Position numbers and translations under genes: made by a program | In this document: positions 14,700 through 27,094 of the stretch, piece by piece | Layout of the letters: every line of letters starts with the position of its first letter | Numbering within the stretch: the first letter of the stretch is position 1 | Source: Octopus sinensis | Taxonomy: Eukaryota | NCBI RefSeq assembly: GCF_006345805.1 | Contig: NC_043005.1 | Location: 62,806,001 to 62,870,000, forward strand | DNA: 64,000 nt | Direction of reading: 5' to 3' | Notes under the pieces: model-generated | The model's database searches: none | What the model was told of the DNA's origin: nothing | The model's input: the letters and a program-made list of their open reading frames with translations, nothing else

Positions 14700-15125
14700 A
14701 TACTCTGCCAAGTTGACTTTGCATTTCATCATTTTGGGGTTAATAAAATAAATACCAGTCAAGTACTAGGGTTGATGAAATCAACTAGTCTCCTCCCACA
14801 AAATGTCAGGCCTTGTGTATACATTAGAAAGAATTGTTATTATTAATAGTAGTACTATCGTTGTTGTTGATGTTGTTGTTAAGATGATGAGCTGGCAGAA
14901 TTGTTAGCATGCTAGACAAAATGCTTAGTGGCATTTCTTCTGACTTTAAATTCTGAGTTCAAATCCTACGAATGTCAACTTTGTCATTTGTCCTTTTGGT
15001 GTTGATGAAATAAGCACCAGCAGAATACTGGGTCAATGTAGTCAACTGGCTTCCTCCCTCAAAATTCCAGACCTTATGCCTATAAAAGAAATAACAATAA
15101 TAATAATAATATCATTATTATTTTC
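14700..15125 (+). mobile_element. Two tandem Meta-domain-like SINE copies (14700-14850 partial; 14880-15125 near full, (AAT)n tail)
   Basis: tRNA-like head gagctggcagaattgttagc...gagttcaaatcc, then gtcaactttg(c)c.tt(t)c.tcctttt.gg.gttgat.aaataag.accag, which resembles the MetaSINE central domain. Confidence 0.65.
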
Positions 15126-15456
15126 ATTATCATCTTCTTTCAATTTCTTGCCAAGTGTCTTCCTGACACCTAGGGCAGAGAAACACACTGTATACATTGG
15201 TACATTAAAATAAACATACCAGATTGTTTATTTACAAAGTCATGGAAAGAGAAAAAGGGGAAGAAAAGCTGAGAGTAAAAGGAAAAAATAAAAAAGTAAA
15301 CAAAGAAAATAAAGGGTGAAAAGGAAAGGAAATTCACATTGACAATGCTCTTCTCAGTACATGTGACATACCAGTTAAGACAATCTTTTGCACTTCCTGC
15401 ATGGATGGTAAGCCAGGAATCATTCTTAAATAATTTTCAGTTCCTTTTTTGATTAC

Positions 15457-15457
<1 letters not shown>

Positions 15458-15487
<30 letters not shown>

Positions 15488-16098
15488 TATTGCTTTTGCA
15501 CAGCTTCTAATGCTGGAGATGTACTACGGTGTCAGTTGTTCACTACCAGTGAACAAAAGTAATGCCCCTTATTTTTCAAGCACCATCTAGAGTATTCGAA
15601 CGGTTCCAAGCAAAGCTGTTTTCTGCAAGTGCTCTACTCTTATTGCAGCCCCTTTTTGTTCTATGTACTTCTCAAGACTTTTACTCACTAACCCCAGGGC
15701 TCTGACAGTTATTGGCACTACTACCATTTTTTTCATTGACCACAACTGCTTAATCTCCCATGCTAACCTGTCATATCTATTGACATTTCTTTCTTCGTTA
15801 TAGCATGCCTTATTGTCAGCTGGGCATACTATATCTATGATCCAGCATCGTTTGCTTTCTTTCTCAATTAACACTATGTCTGGCCTCCTATTCTCTATCT
15901 CCTGGTCGCACTGAATCATAAAATCCATAGGATCTTTGCATTAACATTTTCAATGATGCCTTCAGGTTTATGTTTGTATAACATTTTTGCTCTGTCAAAT
16001 CTATACTTGTAGCAAAGTGTCCAATGAACAATCCTTGCTATATTGTCATGACATCTCTTATGTAATGAACAACCCTAGCTATATATTGTCACGGCGTC
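15458..16098 (-). mobile_element. R4/Dong-type LINE 3' end inserted in (AAT)n
   Basis: ORF 15587-15928 DFMIQCDQEIENRRPDIVLIEKESKRCWIIDIVCPAD...KTALLGTVRIL (REL endonuclease); both sides flanked by (AAT)n/(ATT)n. Confidence 0.85.
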
Positions 16099-16099
16099 T

Positions 16100-16260
16100 T
16101 ATTATTATTATTATTATTATAATTATTATAATTATTATTATTATTGTGGTTGTATACTGTCAACTTAATGTGACAGTCCTGTAAGGGAATTACACCACCG
16201 CTGTTTAGCCCTAGGAAGCATCGGCGCTTCCTGTCGACCTTGACACATTTCCTGTGTCCT
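16100..16260 (-). mobile_element. Probable 3' UTR remnant of a second (AAT)n-tailed element directly upstream of the R4 copy
   Basis: GC-richer 130-bp block between two ATT runs, with two 7-bp hairpins (aggaagc/gcttcct and actgtca/tgacagt). Family assignment is inference. Confidence 0.4.
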
Positions 16261-17574
16261 TATATATTATTATCATTATATATTATTATTATTATATATC
16301 ATTATTATTATTATTTTACATTAAAACCTATTAATGAATAAGTACTATAGGTTCTGATTATGTTAGAAATGAAAGAACTGAAGACAAGAAATTTGGGAAA
16401 TAAAATTAGTCTCCAGCAAATCAAACCTGATAACTGTGCCATAGACAGAATGTAAAGTATTGTTATTGAACTTCCTGATATGAAGGGTGAACATTTCAAT
16501 GAGTAAGTCAAATGTCAGTTTGAAATACAATTCATAAAAGCTCTCTAGTATGTATTAGTAAGATGCTAGTTACTTTATTGTATCTACAAATAAGTAGTCA
16601 TTTCTGAAGGATTAGAAAAATCTTTTCTGTGTTGTTTCTTAAGATAATATGACTAAACTCTGTATGGTAAATGGGTTTTTAAATCTAAAGGTTATCAAAA
16701 CTTTTTGTTGATGCCTAAGCAACATCATTGAACTTTAAATATAGTGATAAAGAAAAAACATTGGCTTCCACAAATATAAATAGAGACTAATAGTAGTGAC
16801 CACCACTCTCAAATACTACAGATTTGAATCCTCTGTGCTATTACTTATAATAACCAGAATATGTGGCAATCGTTCAACTATTCTATTCCATAAAAAATAC
16901 TTTATTGATTTGTCTTTGCAACATATGATTGGTTGTTACATTGCACAAAATATATAATTCTTTAACTAGTATTATTATCTAAATTTATGGCTACTACATT
17001 TGCTATCTCATAACTTCTCAAGATGAAGATACTGCTTAGACATTCATTGAGATTTACTTGTGACATTTGTATAGAAAGATGTGAATAAAGGCTTTGAATT
17101 TCAAACATGCTGTTCATGAAGCAGAATGACATCTTACATATCAAGATAGTGTAGAAGCTGAAGTGAGTCCAATATAACATTAAAAGAATCTTAAAAGTAT
17201 ATTTCAATATTATTTCAGTCTAATGGCTATTACTTTGAAATTATGTGAATGAAACAGTACAGATATGTGCTATATATATATATATAGATATACAATGTCA
17301 GGCCTTGTAGATATAATCATTAATTTCTTTTGTTACTGCCTAATCATAAAGGAAGTGCACTACTCATGACTCTTTATCTTTCAAGGTCTCCAAGATGGTA
17401 GGGTGAAGTGTGACAGTTACCCTCAAATGAAAGATGTGGCCAAAATACTTGCAATAGAAAGAATTTTACAAAAGTCACCCAGGATTTGGTATTAAACTAA
17501 GTAATGGTCAGGTCTACTAACCTAAATACAGAATAGAAAGAAATAGAGCATATGCTACAAGACATCTCATTTGA

Positions 17575-17725
17575 TTGATTAACAATTCTGCCAATCCGCC
17601 ACACAGGACTTATACTTATTTTACCGACCCTGAAAGGATAAAAGACAAATTTGACCTTTGCAAGACTTGAACTCAGAGTGCAGATGGTTGAAATAAATAT
17701 TGCAAGGCATTTCCTAATTGGTGTA
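17575..17725 (-). mobile_element. Meta-domain-like SINE fragment
   Basis: tacttattttaccgaccctgaaaggataaaagacaaatttgacc is the reverse complement of the central motif. Confidence 0.6.
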
Positions 17726-19304
17726 TAGATAGGAGTTAGTCATGTCTAGAATGCTTCTAAGATACTTTGATGTTATCTCTGAAAGTTAACAATGTTGAAA
17801 AAATACAAAAAGTTGGTAATTAAATACATTCTTCATGTTGATAACTGGTTGCTTATCTGTAGGAAAGAAATGACTTATTATCAAAGGTGTTACAGCGTTA
17901 ACTACCCTATTGTATCTTGCAGGCACCAAATATGAGATTATATCATGCAATGTATCCCTCATTGGTGCAATTTGATGGAGATTTTGTTATCATTTCTATC
18001 AGACTGATCAACCATCAGGTGGCAGATATTGTGATAGATTATATATATATATATAATTTTAAAGATAGCAAAGATACATTTTTCATGTTTGAGAAGCTAA
18101 AGCACATAGGAATTATTAAAACAAGCAAGGTAGATTGGATAATTGTAAATGCCAAAATAACGTCTACAATATGGCTAACTCAAAACAGGCATTTGTAGCA
18201 CAATACTCAGAGAAGACGACAGTATAATTGTCAATGTAACTATTCTATTAATAACTGAATACTTAAAGTGAGCAGATGCTATAGACATTATTCAATGAAA
18301 GATAAAATAAACTTTTACAGTGATTGGGGATTAATATTTCAATCATACATCTGTACAGTGCCTAACCTTTTTAGCAATTTACAGTATGGTTCATTAGGTT
18401 ATCACTTTTAATTATTTTACCTACCACAATTAAGTTCATGCTGAACCACTGATTAATATAATTTAAAATCTCCATAAATATAAACTATAATAATATAGTC
18501 ATTTCTTTAAAATAAGGTGTTACAAAAAAACTGAAATATTTATTTGAAGACAAGGTAAGAAGTTTATAAAGTTTCAAAGGAATCAAGAATATTAATGGAA
18601 GAAACTGTACATCAATACAAATAACATAATCACTGGCAAAGGATTAAATCCAAAGTTACCAAAAGCTCTTGTAAAGATAAAAGTGGAAAAACATGAAATT
18701 AAATCTGTAAAAACATGATGTAAATATATGTAATGAACATTATGTATAGCAGGAGAAACAGCACACTCCTAGTTGTTTTCTCCTAGTTTATGTAATACAT
18801 ATAGAATTTCAACTTTTTTTGTATATATATAGGATTACATTACTCCATGTTTGCTTTCCTAATTTACAGTGACAAAGTATGCTCTGAGAGAAATTTGGTT
18901 GCTAATTTTAGCAGGGGAAAGCTTTACCTTATTGGATCAAAATAAACTTAACTGTTGTTAAGCCTCAAATCAGCTTTGAATAAATAAGAATATCATGAAA
19001 AGCATTCCAATTCTGAGAGTCCCAACTATTTCAATATCAGGAACTGCAATGTCTAATATACTCTTCAGTTAAGAATGAAGTATATGAACTGAGAGAGCCT
19101 TGTTCACCTTACATAGGGGAAAATATTGTTAAAATTGTTAGACAATGATAATTAGATGATACATATGACTGCCGATAAACAACTCTTTCCCCTATTCTTA
19201 CATATTCATTCTGAAGGAGATGCTTGGTGTAATATACAGTGTGAAGAAGCAGTTATTATCAAGGGAACATGTGTTAGGGTGGTAGTAAAGGCTGTTAGTG
19301 TTGC

Positions 19305-19335
<31 letters not shown>

Positions 19336-19451
19336 GGAGAGGAAAAATTATAATAAGGCAGAATGCTAAATTGAAGGTAAATCTTATATATATATATATT
19401 ATATATATATATATATATATTTATATGTGTGTGTGTGCATACATACAGGCA

Positions 19452-19479
<28 letters not shown>

Positions 19480-19484
<5 letters not shown>

Positions 19485-19960
19485 CACCATTGTCCATGCT
19501 TTCATGGGTTGGATAATTTGACCAGAGCTAGCTAGCTGGGGAGCTTCAGCAAACTCCAGTCTGGATGCCCTTCCTAATGCCAACCACTTTACTGAGTGGG
19601 CTGGGTGTTTTTATATGGCACCACACAGGTGCCTTTATGTGGTGCTACATGGGCACTTTTATATGGCATCGCAAGGGCACTTTATGTGACACTGCATCGA
19701 TGCTCTTGTATGGCACCGCGCAATGCTTTTATGTGGTACCGCATGGGCACTTTTATGTGGCACTGCCATGAGTGCTTTACATTACCAGAAGGACTGGTCT
19801 TAACACTTCTGTTGTGGGGCATGGGTCTTCTGGAGTACAGCAAGGTGCCAGACATCTTGGTCCTTTGTCATCTCACATTTTAATGCCCACTTTTCTATAC
19901 TTGCATGTTTCAGATGGTGTTTATTGCAGTGGATTTTCTATAGCTGAATGTTGTTCCTTT
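19480..19960 (-). mobile_element. RTE 3' UTR remnant with internal ~26-bp tandem repeat
   Basis: ctggatgcccttcctaatgccaacc (RTE tail motif) followed by about six units of (c/t)ttt(a)t(a/g)tggcac. Confidence 0.7.
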
Positions 19961-20164
19961 CACCAATCCTCACTTGTTTCCAAGCAAGGCAATATTTCCA
20001 TACAACTAGACATGTTTTGGTAGAATATTGATACATAATGATGCACATAGAGTGCCAAACAGTGGTTATATACAATGCAATGTAAATTCAAATCACACAA
20101 TACAATAGCAACATGATGTATATATATATATATATTTATCATGGACGGTCCTATCATTAGATGA

Positions 20165-20420
20165 TGTATGAGGGTTCAGCAATTTCTTGCAAAACAACCA
20201 CAGATGATTTGTTTACATTGTACACATAAACTCACTCCCTCCATCAAACTGACATTACCTGTACAGGTGCACTGTGTGCCACATGTCATGATGAAATAAT
20301 CGCAGAACATGAAATGAAGTGCTTTGCACAAGAACACAATTCAATGCCCGGCCTGGGAAATGAACCTACAATCTCACAATCATTAGTGCAACAACCTAAC
20401 CACTAAGACATGCACCTTCA
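20165..20420 (-). mobile_element. tRNA-derived SINE (CORE/V-like centre)
   Basis: Minus strand reads gaaggtgcatgtcttagtggttagg...gtaggttcatttccc...gtgttcttgtgcaaagcacttca. Confidence 0.55.
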
Positions 20421-21469
20421 TATATATATATTATATATATATATATATATATGCATGCATGTATAAAGCCTGTATCTGGAGCCTGCAAGCCCATTATATT
20501 AAAGTTTATCACAGTTTGCAGGAATTTGACTTCATGTGCCTTTGCACTGACTTCATTACATGGGCAACTGTAACAGAATTGTGTGGCACACAAAGAAAAT
20601 ATTTGGTATTGCAGTAATTTAATTATGTAAAATTGTGAAATAAAAGTACATTATTTGTAAACAAGTATAGTTGGCCTTAGAATACTGCTCCAATACATCT
20701 TATGAAAAAAAAAAGCAGATGCTAAAATAATGATGATATGATAATAAAGAGAAGGATATCTTCATAATTTCCCAATAAAATTAAAATCTGAAATCAATAT
20801 TTCAGCAATTACGTTTAGATAATCCTGACGTCTAAGTTGTATTATCTTAACTACTTATAAAATTTGGAGAAATTAAGTACGTCCATCCATCATATAACTA
20901 AATACATTGCATAAAATCTTTTGGTAATGAGAGGGGGAAAATGCATAGAGAGTAGTGTATGATTTATGATAAAAAACATTAAATCTCAATTCTATCTTTT
21001 CTAATCTAATAAAAGTTATATTGGATGTGATATTTCTGAAAGATGTTTGCATATCATATTTCACCAGAATATTTATTTTGTTTCAATGATATTTTTCCTG
21101 TTTTTCCTCTTTTGATTTGAATAAAAACTAGACTGTTTTTGCGATTATTTACATGTCATGAAATCTTTTGAAATTCTCTCCTTAATTAAATCAATGCTAT
21201 CCCTTTCTGTTCTTGAGCACTCAAGTATACTTTGTTGTTTAGTTATATTCATTGTTATAAGTTCACATCCTGCTGCAGCTACTAAAATATTTACCTATGC
21301 TATATTGATGTCAGTTTGTTGGCGTGCATTCCCACTTCAATAGATTGTTAAAATGTTCCAGTGTAAGAAGTAATATTCTCATCAACTATATATGTGGAAA
21401 ATTGGTGCATGTTTGTTTGTGGCGTTGTTAGCTACCTCCTCCTACATCGTTTTATTGATTTTGATGACA

Positions 21470-21875
21470 TGTGAGTAGAACTCATGTCTGGAAACCTTGT
21501 GACATACTTAGATTGTTGAAAAAAATTGACAATACAGCCCCTGGAAGGGACCTTTATATCTACCTCAGATAACTAATTTTTTTAGCACCCAAGGGAAATA
21601 ACCCATGGCACCTGCACAATATTTTTTTTAACAATCAAGGGAAATAACCCATTTCATTGTTTATGCTCGATTACATTGAATAATGATTTTTTTGCCTGTC
21701 CCATTTCTAATTTTTGCAGACAATATCACTTTTATACTTTATTTGATACGTGAGTAGAACTCATATCTGGAAACCTCATGACATACTTAGATTGTTGAAA
21801 AATACTGATAATAGGGCCTCTCCAATGGATCCTTCTATCTACTACATATTACTAATATTTTATTTTAGCAACCAA
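21470..21875. repeat. Imperfect direct repeat, ~120-bp unit with 279-bp period
   Basis: gtgagtagaactcat.tctggaaacct..tgacatacttagattgttgaaaaa occurs at 21470 and 21749, each followed by similar atctac...ttagca.ccaag sequence. Confidence 0.8.
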
Positions 21876-22591
21876 GTTTTGAACTGCTAATCATTATTAT
21901 TGCACTTCCTTAATTTGAATCTTAAACATTAAAGACTGCATTCATACATTTCTACACATACATACTTTTTTGAATGCCCATTACTCTGATAATTCTGCAT
22001 TTTTACAGTTGCACTTTTTCCATGACAGTAGATAATTTTTTAATTCCACAACATATTTGTAGTGGCTTCATGCAGGCATAGCATGGATTCGATCCTCAAT
22101 TGCCAAATTGCACTTAACATTTCAACAGTGCTTTTCTCATAGTAAAATGACAGCAGTTATACATTTCCCAGATGCCTTTGCTAAGCAGAATAACGTCTTT
22201 GCCACTTGACCCTCCTAACCTCTTCTAGGCCACCAGGGGCTGGAATGGAGATAACAGACCTCCAATGAAATCATTTGTTCTCAACAATATGTCTATCCTT
22301 CTGGCTGCTTTTCGATAGTTATAAAAACAAGAACTCCATAAGCTAAAGGCAGTTACTGAGAGCGACCATCAGTGAGAGTGAATGTTATTATTGCACTTTC
22401 TTCAAACACTTCATTCATATATTTATATACATACAATCTCTCCCTCCTCTAGCTGACAGTTTTTTGTACATTTTCATGATGGAAAATACCCTTTATGTGG
22501 CAATTAGAATGAAATTGCTTTCTTATATCAGAGTAATAAGACATTTCAATTGAACATCTTTACCCTCAGGAATTACCAGGTACACCAGCTA

Positions 22592-22630
<39 letters not shown>

Positions 22631-22632
<2 letters not shown>

Positions 22633-22690
22633 TATCTTTTATTTTTTACTTGTTTCAGTCATTAGACTGCAGCCATGTTGGGGCACCACC
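22631..22690 (-). mobile_element. 3' tail of CORE-like SINE
   Basis: Reverse complement of ggtggtgc.cca.catggc.gcagtc.aatgactgaaacaagtaaaa, as at 44190-44240. Confidence 0.75.
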
Positions 22691-23860
22691 TGTTTTTAGC
22701 TTTTGATATATTTACTATGTTTTGACTATACTATTTTGTTAAAATAGTTTGACTTATTTCTCAATGTCATTGCTGGTTCTACCTTCTCACAAATAGTTTC
22801 TAAACATTTTATTCTTCAATTCCTTACACTTTGTTTCTATTATCCAATACTACGTACCAATTTGTTTTACTACAACAATTAAATCATTTCCTTCTCTCAC
22901 CTGATGCATAAATTGTTATTTGTAACAGACATAAAGGCATTTTCAAACCTACCTTCTTGTCTCAGCAATCAATTATTAAATATATAAGAATGGTGTATGA
23001 AATATAGTCCTAATGAATAATAAACTACTGGTGTGTAACAATATTTGTTTTCAATGATATGCTATTCAACAGAATATATTTATATATTACACCCAACCTA
23101 TATGCAGTTGACAAATGTAAACATCATATCATTGTATACAATCTCTTCAAAGCTACAAACAGAGGTGTCAAGAAAACCAGTTTCAGTAATGGGATATCAG
23201 AAGCAATTAAGTAGCCTATTTTACTCTCCATTTAACACTGACGGTAAACTCACTATTAAGAGGGGTTTAAGTAAATTAGATAGACCAATTTACACATATA
23301 ATGCAGTTTTGACAGCGAGATTGATTGGTAAAATACTGTTGTACAGTTTGTCTCAATGTTATACAATACTACGGACAATATCAACAGTTTTTATGCAACA
23401 CTATGATAAAAAGATATAAACACAATGTCAATTTGTAATTCCTTAGAAAGAAAAAAAGCTGTCAGCATGATTCACTTCTGCATTGCAAGTTCATCTGAGT
23501 AATCCCTTTAACCGACCCCAGAAATACAGCTTTTAAGTCTATATTCTGTAATAAAAGTTAACGATTCCTCACTCCCACCAGGTTTAAACAGTGTGGGATT
23601 TCAAGTACAAATTTTTGAACTTCCTTGCTATTGCGTTTTAGATGTATACCAGTTAGGTTTATATATCGTCGTCGTCGTCGTCGTTTAGCGTCCGTTTTCC
23701 ATGCTAGCATATATATATATATATATAGTCACAAGTCATTGTAAATTCATCAGTAGCATCTCTGAACAACGACATACATACGTACATACCCACATACATA
23801 AAGTAAATAAAAAAGTATGAAACTTAGTTTAAAGAAATGCAAATCGATACTTAAAAAATG

Positions 23861-23899
<39 letters not shown>

Positions 23900-23903
<4 letters not shown>

Positions 23904-24240
23904 CGTACTTTTGCCTGTCTCTTCTCAAAGCTCGTTTATCCAGCATTCACTACCGTTTGTTTTTACTGTTTTGTTTTTGTTACCACTTTAACCCTCTGCA
24001 AAAAATCCCAAATTTTATTTAATTTGCTTTGTGGGAAGGACTGTTTTAACAAAGTTGCATCTTGTCCCTACTTCGAAACATGGAGTAAATAAAACAGGGG
24101 ACAACTGATTAAGGGAATGTTATTTATGTTGCTTGTCTCATTTCTCTATTTGTTTCTTTTCTTGTTAAAAAAAAGTTCGTTTTCTATGTTATTGTTTTCA
24201 TTTCTCATTTTGTTGATGTTTTTTTAATGTTCTGTACCCA
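23900..24240 (+). mobile_element. Probable Penelope-type terminal-repeat remnant in (TA)n
   Basis: T-rich block flanked by TA microsatellites, with hammerhead-like geometry at 24022-24090 but no valid core. Assignment is inference. Confidence 0.4.
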
Positions 24241-24250
24241 TATATGCATG

Positions 24251-24304
<54 letters not shown>

Positions 24305-24459
24305 TATATATATATATATATACACACATATATATATATATGCACACATATATATATTTCTATATATATATATATATATATATGCATATATTTATATTAT
24401 ATATATATATGCATATATTTATATTATATATATATATATGCATATATTTATATTATATA

Positions 24460-26343
24460 GAAAAGGTTGCCGAATAAAGAAAATGAATGGGATAAAGAGA
24501 GTCTGCCGAATGTTGACCCAACAGAGGGACCAGCTATCCGAGTTGACAGTTCCTTGGTAGTTAAGGCAATTAGAAGCATGAAGACAGGGAAAGCCCCAGG
24601 CCCATCAGGAATCACTGCAGAGATGCTCAAAATATCTGGCAGTGTCGGCTATAGCCTAGTCACCCGTATAGTTAATCAGGTGATACACAAAGGAGTCATA
24701 CCCAATGACTGGTGTAGCAGCATAATAGTCAATTGCTACAAAGGTAAAGGTGATGCCCTAGATACAAATAATTACAGAGGCATCAAGCTGTTGGATAAGG
24801 TAATGAAGGTAATAACAGAGGAATTCAAGACAGGATGCCCTTGGGAGCTCCTCTATGCTGATGACCTTGCTCTAATTGCTGAGTCACTATCAGAACTGGA
24901 GGACAAGTTTCAGGTGTGGAAGCAAGGATTAGAATCGAAGAGCCTTAGAGTCAATCTAGCTAAAACCAAAGTCCTAATAAGTAGGAAGGTAGACAAATCA
25001 CAAACGCCTTCAGGTAGATGGCCCTGCTCGATCTGTAGAAAAGGTGTAGGTAGAAACTCTGTAAGATGCACCAAGTGTAAGCTATGGACACATAATAGGT
25101 GCAGCAATGTCAAAGGAAGGCTAACTGGGAAGATAGTTTTTGTATGTGGCAGATGCTCAGGAACAATAAACACTGGAAATTCTCTGAGACCAACTTCTGT
25201 CACTTTCCAGGGAGAAAAACTAGAAATAGTGGATAGCTTCCGTTACCTAGGTGACCAAGTCAGTAGCGGGGGTGGGTGTGCTGAAAGTGTAACTGCTAGA
25301 GTAAGAATAGCTTGGGCAAAGTTCAGAGAGCTCTTACCTCTGCTGGTGACAAAAGGCCTCTCGCTCAGAGCAAAAGGCACACTGTATGACGCGTGTGTAC
25401 GAACAGACATGCTACATGACAGTGTAACATGGGCCATGACTGCTGAGGATATGCGTAAGCTCACAAGAAATGAAGCCAATATGATCCAATGGATGTGTAA
25501 TGTCAGTGTTCATACTCGACAGAGTGTAAGTACCTTGAGAGAAAAGCTGGACCTAAGAAGCATCAGATGTGGTGTGCAAGAGAGACGTTTGCGCTGGTAT
25601 GGTTATGTGGCGAGAATGGATGAAGATAGTTGTGTGAAAAAGTGCCACACCCTAGCGGTTGAGGGAACCTGTGGAAGAGGAGGCAGACCCAGGAAAACCT
25701 GGGACAAGGTGGTGAAGCACGACCTTCGAACTTTAGGTCTCACTGAGGAAATTACTAGAGACCGAGACCTCTGGAAGTATGCTGTGCATGAGAATACCCG
25801 GCAGGACAAGTGAGACCATAACCCGTGGCCTTCTACACGGGATGTAGCCAGTCCACTTATGCATACCTTCCCTTCTTGGGACACAAAACTCTACTTGTGA
25901 AGACCTGTTGAGGCAAGTGAGAATCAGAATCGAAATCATCAATGGAAATTGCAGCTGAGATACCAGTGCCGGTGGAACGTGAGAGAACCATCCGAACGTG
26001 GCCATTGCCAGTGCCGCCCCGACTGGCCTCGTGCCAGTGGCATGTAAAAAGCACCATCCGTTCGTGGTCGTTGCCAGCCCCGCCTGGCCTCTGTGCCGGT
26101 GGCACATAAAAAGCACCATCCGATCGTGGCCGTTTGCCAGACTCGTCTGGCACCTGTGCCGGTGGCACGTAAAAAGCACCTACTACACTCATGGAGTTGT
26201 TGGCGTTAGGAAGGGCATCCAGCCGTAGAAACATTGCCAGATCAGACTGGGCCTGGTGCAGCCTTCTGGCTTCCCAGACCCCAGTTGAACCATCCAACCC
26301 ATGCTAGCATGGAAAGCAGACGCTAAACGATGATGATGATGAT
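24460..26343 (+). mobile_element. Young 5'-truncated RTE LINE with 22-bp target-site duplication and (GAT)n tail
   Basis: TSD atgcatatatttatattatata at 24438-24459 and 26344-26365; uninterrupted RT-related ORF; 3' UTR with repeated hairpin units. Confidence 0.95.
24467..25813 (+). CDS. RTE ORF remnant (448 aa): partial reverse transcriptase with internal in-frame deletion and C4HC3 finger; no endonuclease
   Basis: [30 protein letters not shown] and GRPRKTW motifs present; the usual QFGF, D.EKAFD and G..QGS.LSP motifs are absent. The TTG start is probably fortuitous. Confidence 0.9.
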   Translation: MPNKENEWDKESLPNVDPTEGPAIRVDSSLVVKAIRSMKTGKAPGPSGITAEMLKISGSVGYSLVTRIVNQVIHKGVIPNDWCSSIIVNCYKGKGDALDTNNYRGIKLLDKVMKVITEEFKTGCPWELLYADDLALIAESLSELEDKFQVWKQGLESKSLRVNLAKTKVLISRKVDKSQTPSGRWPCSICRKGVGRNSVRCTKCKLWTHNRCSNVKGRLTGKIVFVCGRCSGTINTGNSLRPTSVTFQGEKLEIVDSFRYLGDQVSSGGGCAESVTARVRIAWAKFRELLPLLVTKGLSLRAKGTLYDACVRTDMLHDSVTWAMTAEDMRKLTRNEANMIQWMCNVSVHTRQSVSTLREKLDLRSIRCGVQERRLRWYGYVARMDEDSCVKKCHTLAVEGTCGRGGRPRKTWDKVVKHDLRTLGLTEEITRDRDLWKYAVHENTRQDK

Positions 26344-26498
26344 ATGCATATATTTATATTATATATATATGCATATATATATATATATATTTATTGTCTG
26401 TGGAGACTTATTTTTGTAGTAAAAGGAAATAGTAGTCCTTTGACTGCTATTTCGAATATTTTCGGTATGTGGTTTAAGCAACTATTGCAAAAAACCCT

Positions 26499-26543
<45 letters not shown>

Positions 26544-26749
26544 GTGAAATAGAAAGATGAATAATCTTGTAGTAGATTAATCAAAAGTTTAACCGATACT
26601 TAGTAGCAAAAATCACAGCAGTGAACAGCACGGTTGGAGGTACAACCATCTGGCGTTGCAACCGTGCGTTGGTGCGGATAATTGAAATTAAAACATTATT
26701 GGTGAATTGAAGAAATGGAGCTGAACGCAGATTGAACAGAATCGTTTTA

Positions 26750-26838
26750 TTTCATTCTACACGTGTTTCGAAAGGCACAAATTACCAAAATCCGATTGAA
26801 TAATGGGACCATATTGTGTCTTTCTCTTCAGGAAGAAA
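26750..26838 (-). ncRNA. Type I hammerhead ribozyme motif, identical copy on the minus strand
   Basis: Reverse complement of the 27006-27094 motif (TCTTCAG at 26825-26831; tacacgtgtttc at 26758-26769). Confidence 0.85.
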
Positions 26839-27005
26839 AAAGGAAATCCGTTGGAAAACAAAAACAGAACAGAGCAGAGCAAAAAACAAATCGAACTGTG
26901 CTCCTAGAGCCCATGGCGAGTTTCGCCATGGGCTCTTAGGAGCACAGTTCGATTTGTTTTTTGCTCTGCCTCTGTTCTGTTTTTGTTTTTCCAACGGATT
27001 TCCTT

Positions 27006-27094
27006 TTTCTTCCTGAAGAGAAAGACACAATATGGTCCCATTATTCAATCGGATTTTGGTAATTTGTGCCTTTCGAAACACGTGTAGAATGAAA
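27006..27094 (+). ncRNA. Type I hammerhead ribozyme motif, canonical core
   Basis: Stem I tttcttc/gaa(t)gaaa; CTGAAGA at 27013-27019; stem II gaaagacacaa/ttgtgcctttc (10 of 11 pairs); GAAA at 27075-27078; palindromic stem III ACACGTGT; GUA cleavage after 27086. Confidence 0.85.
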
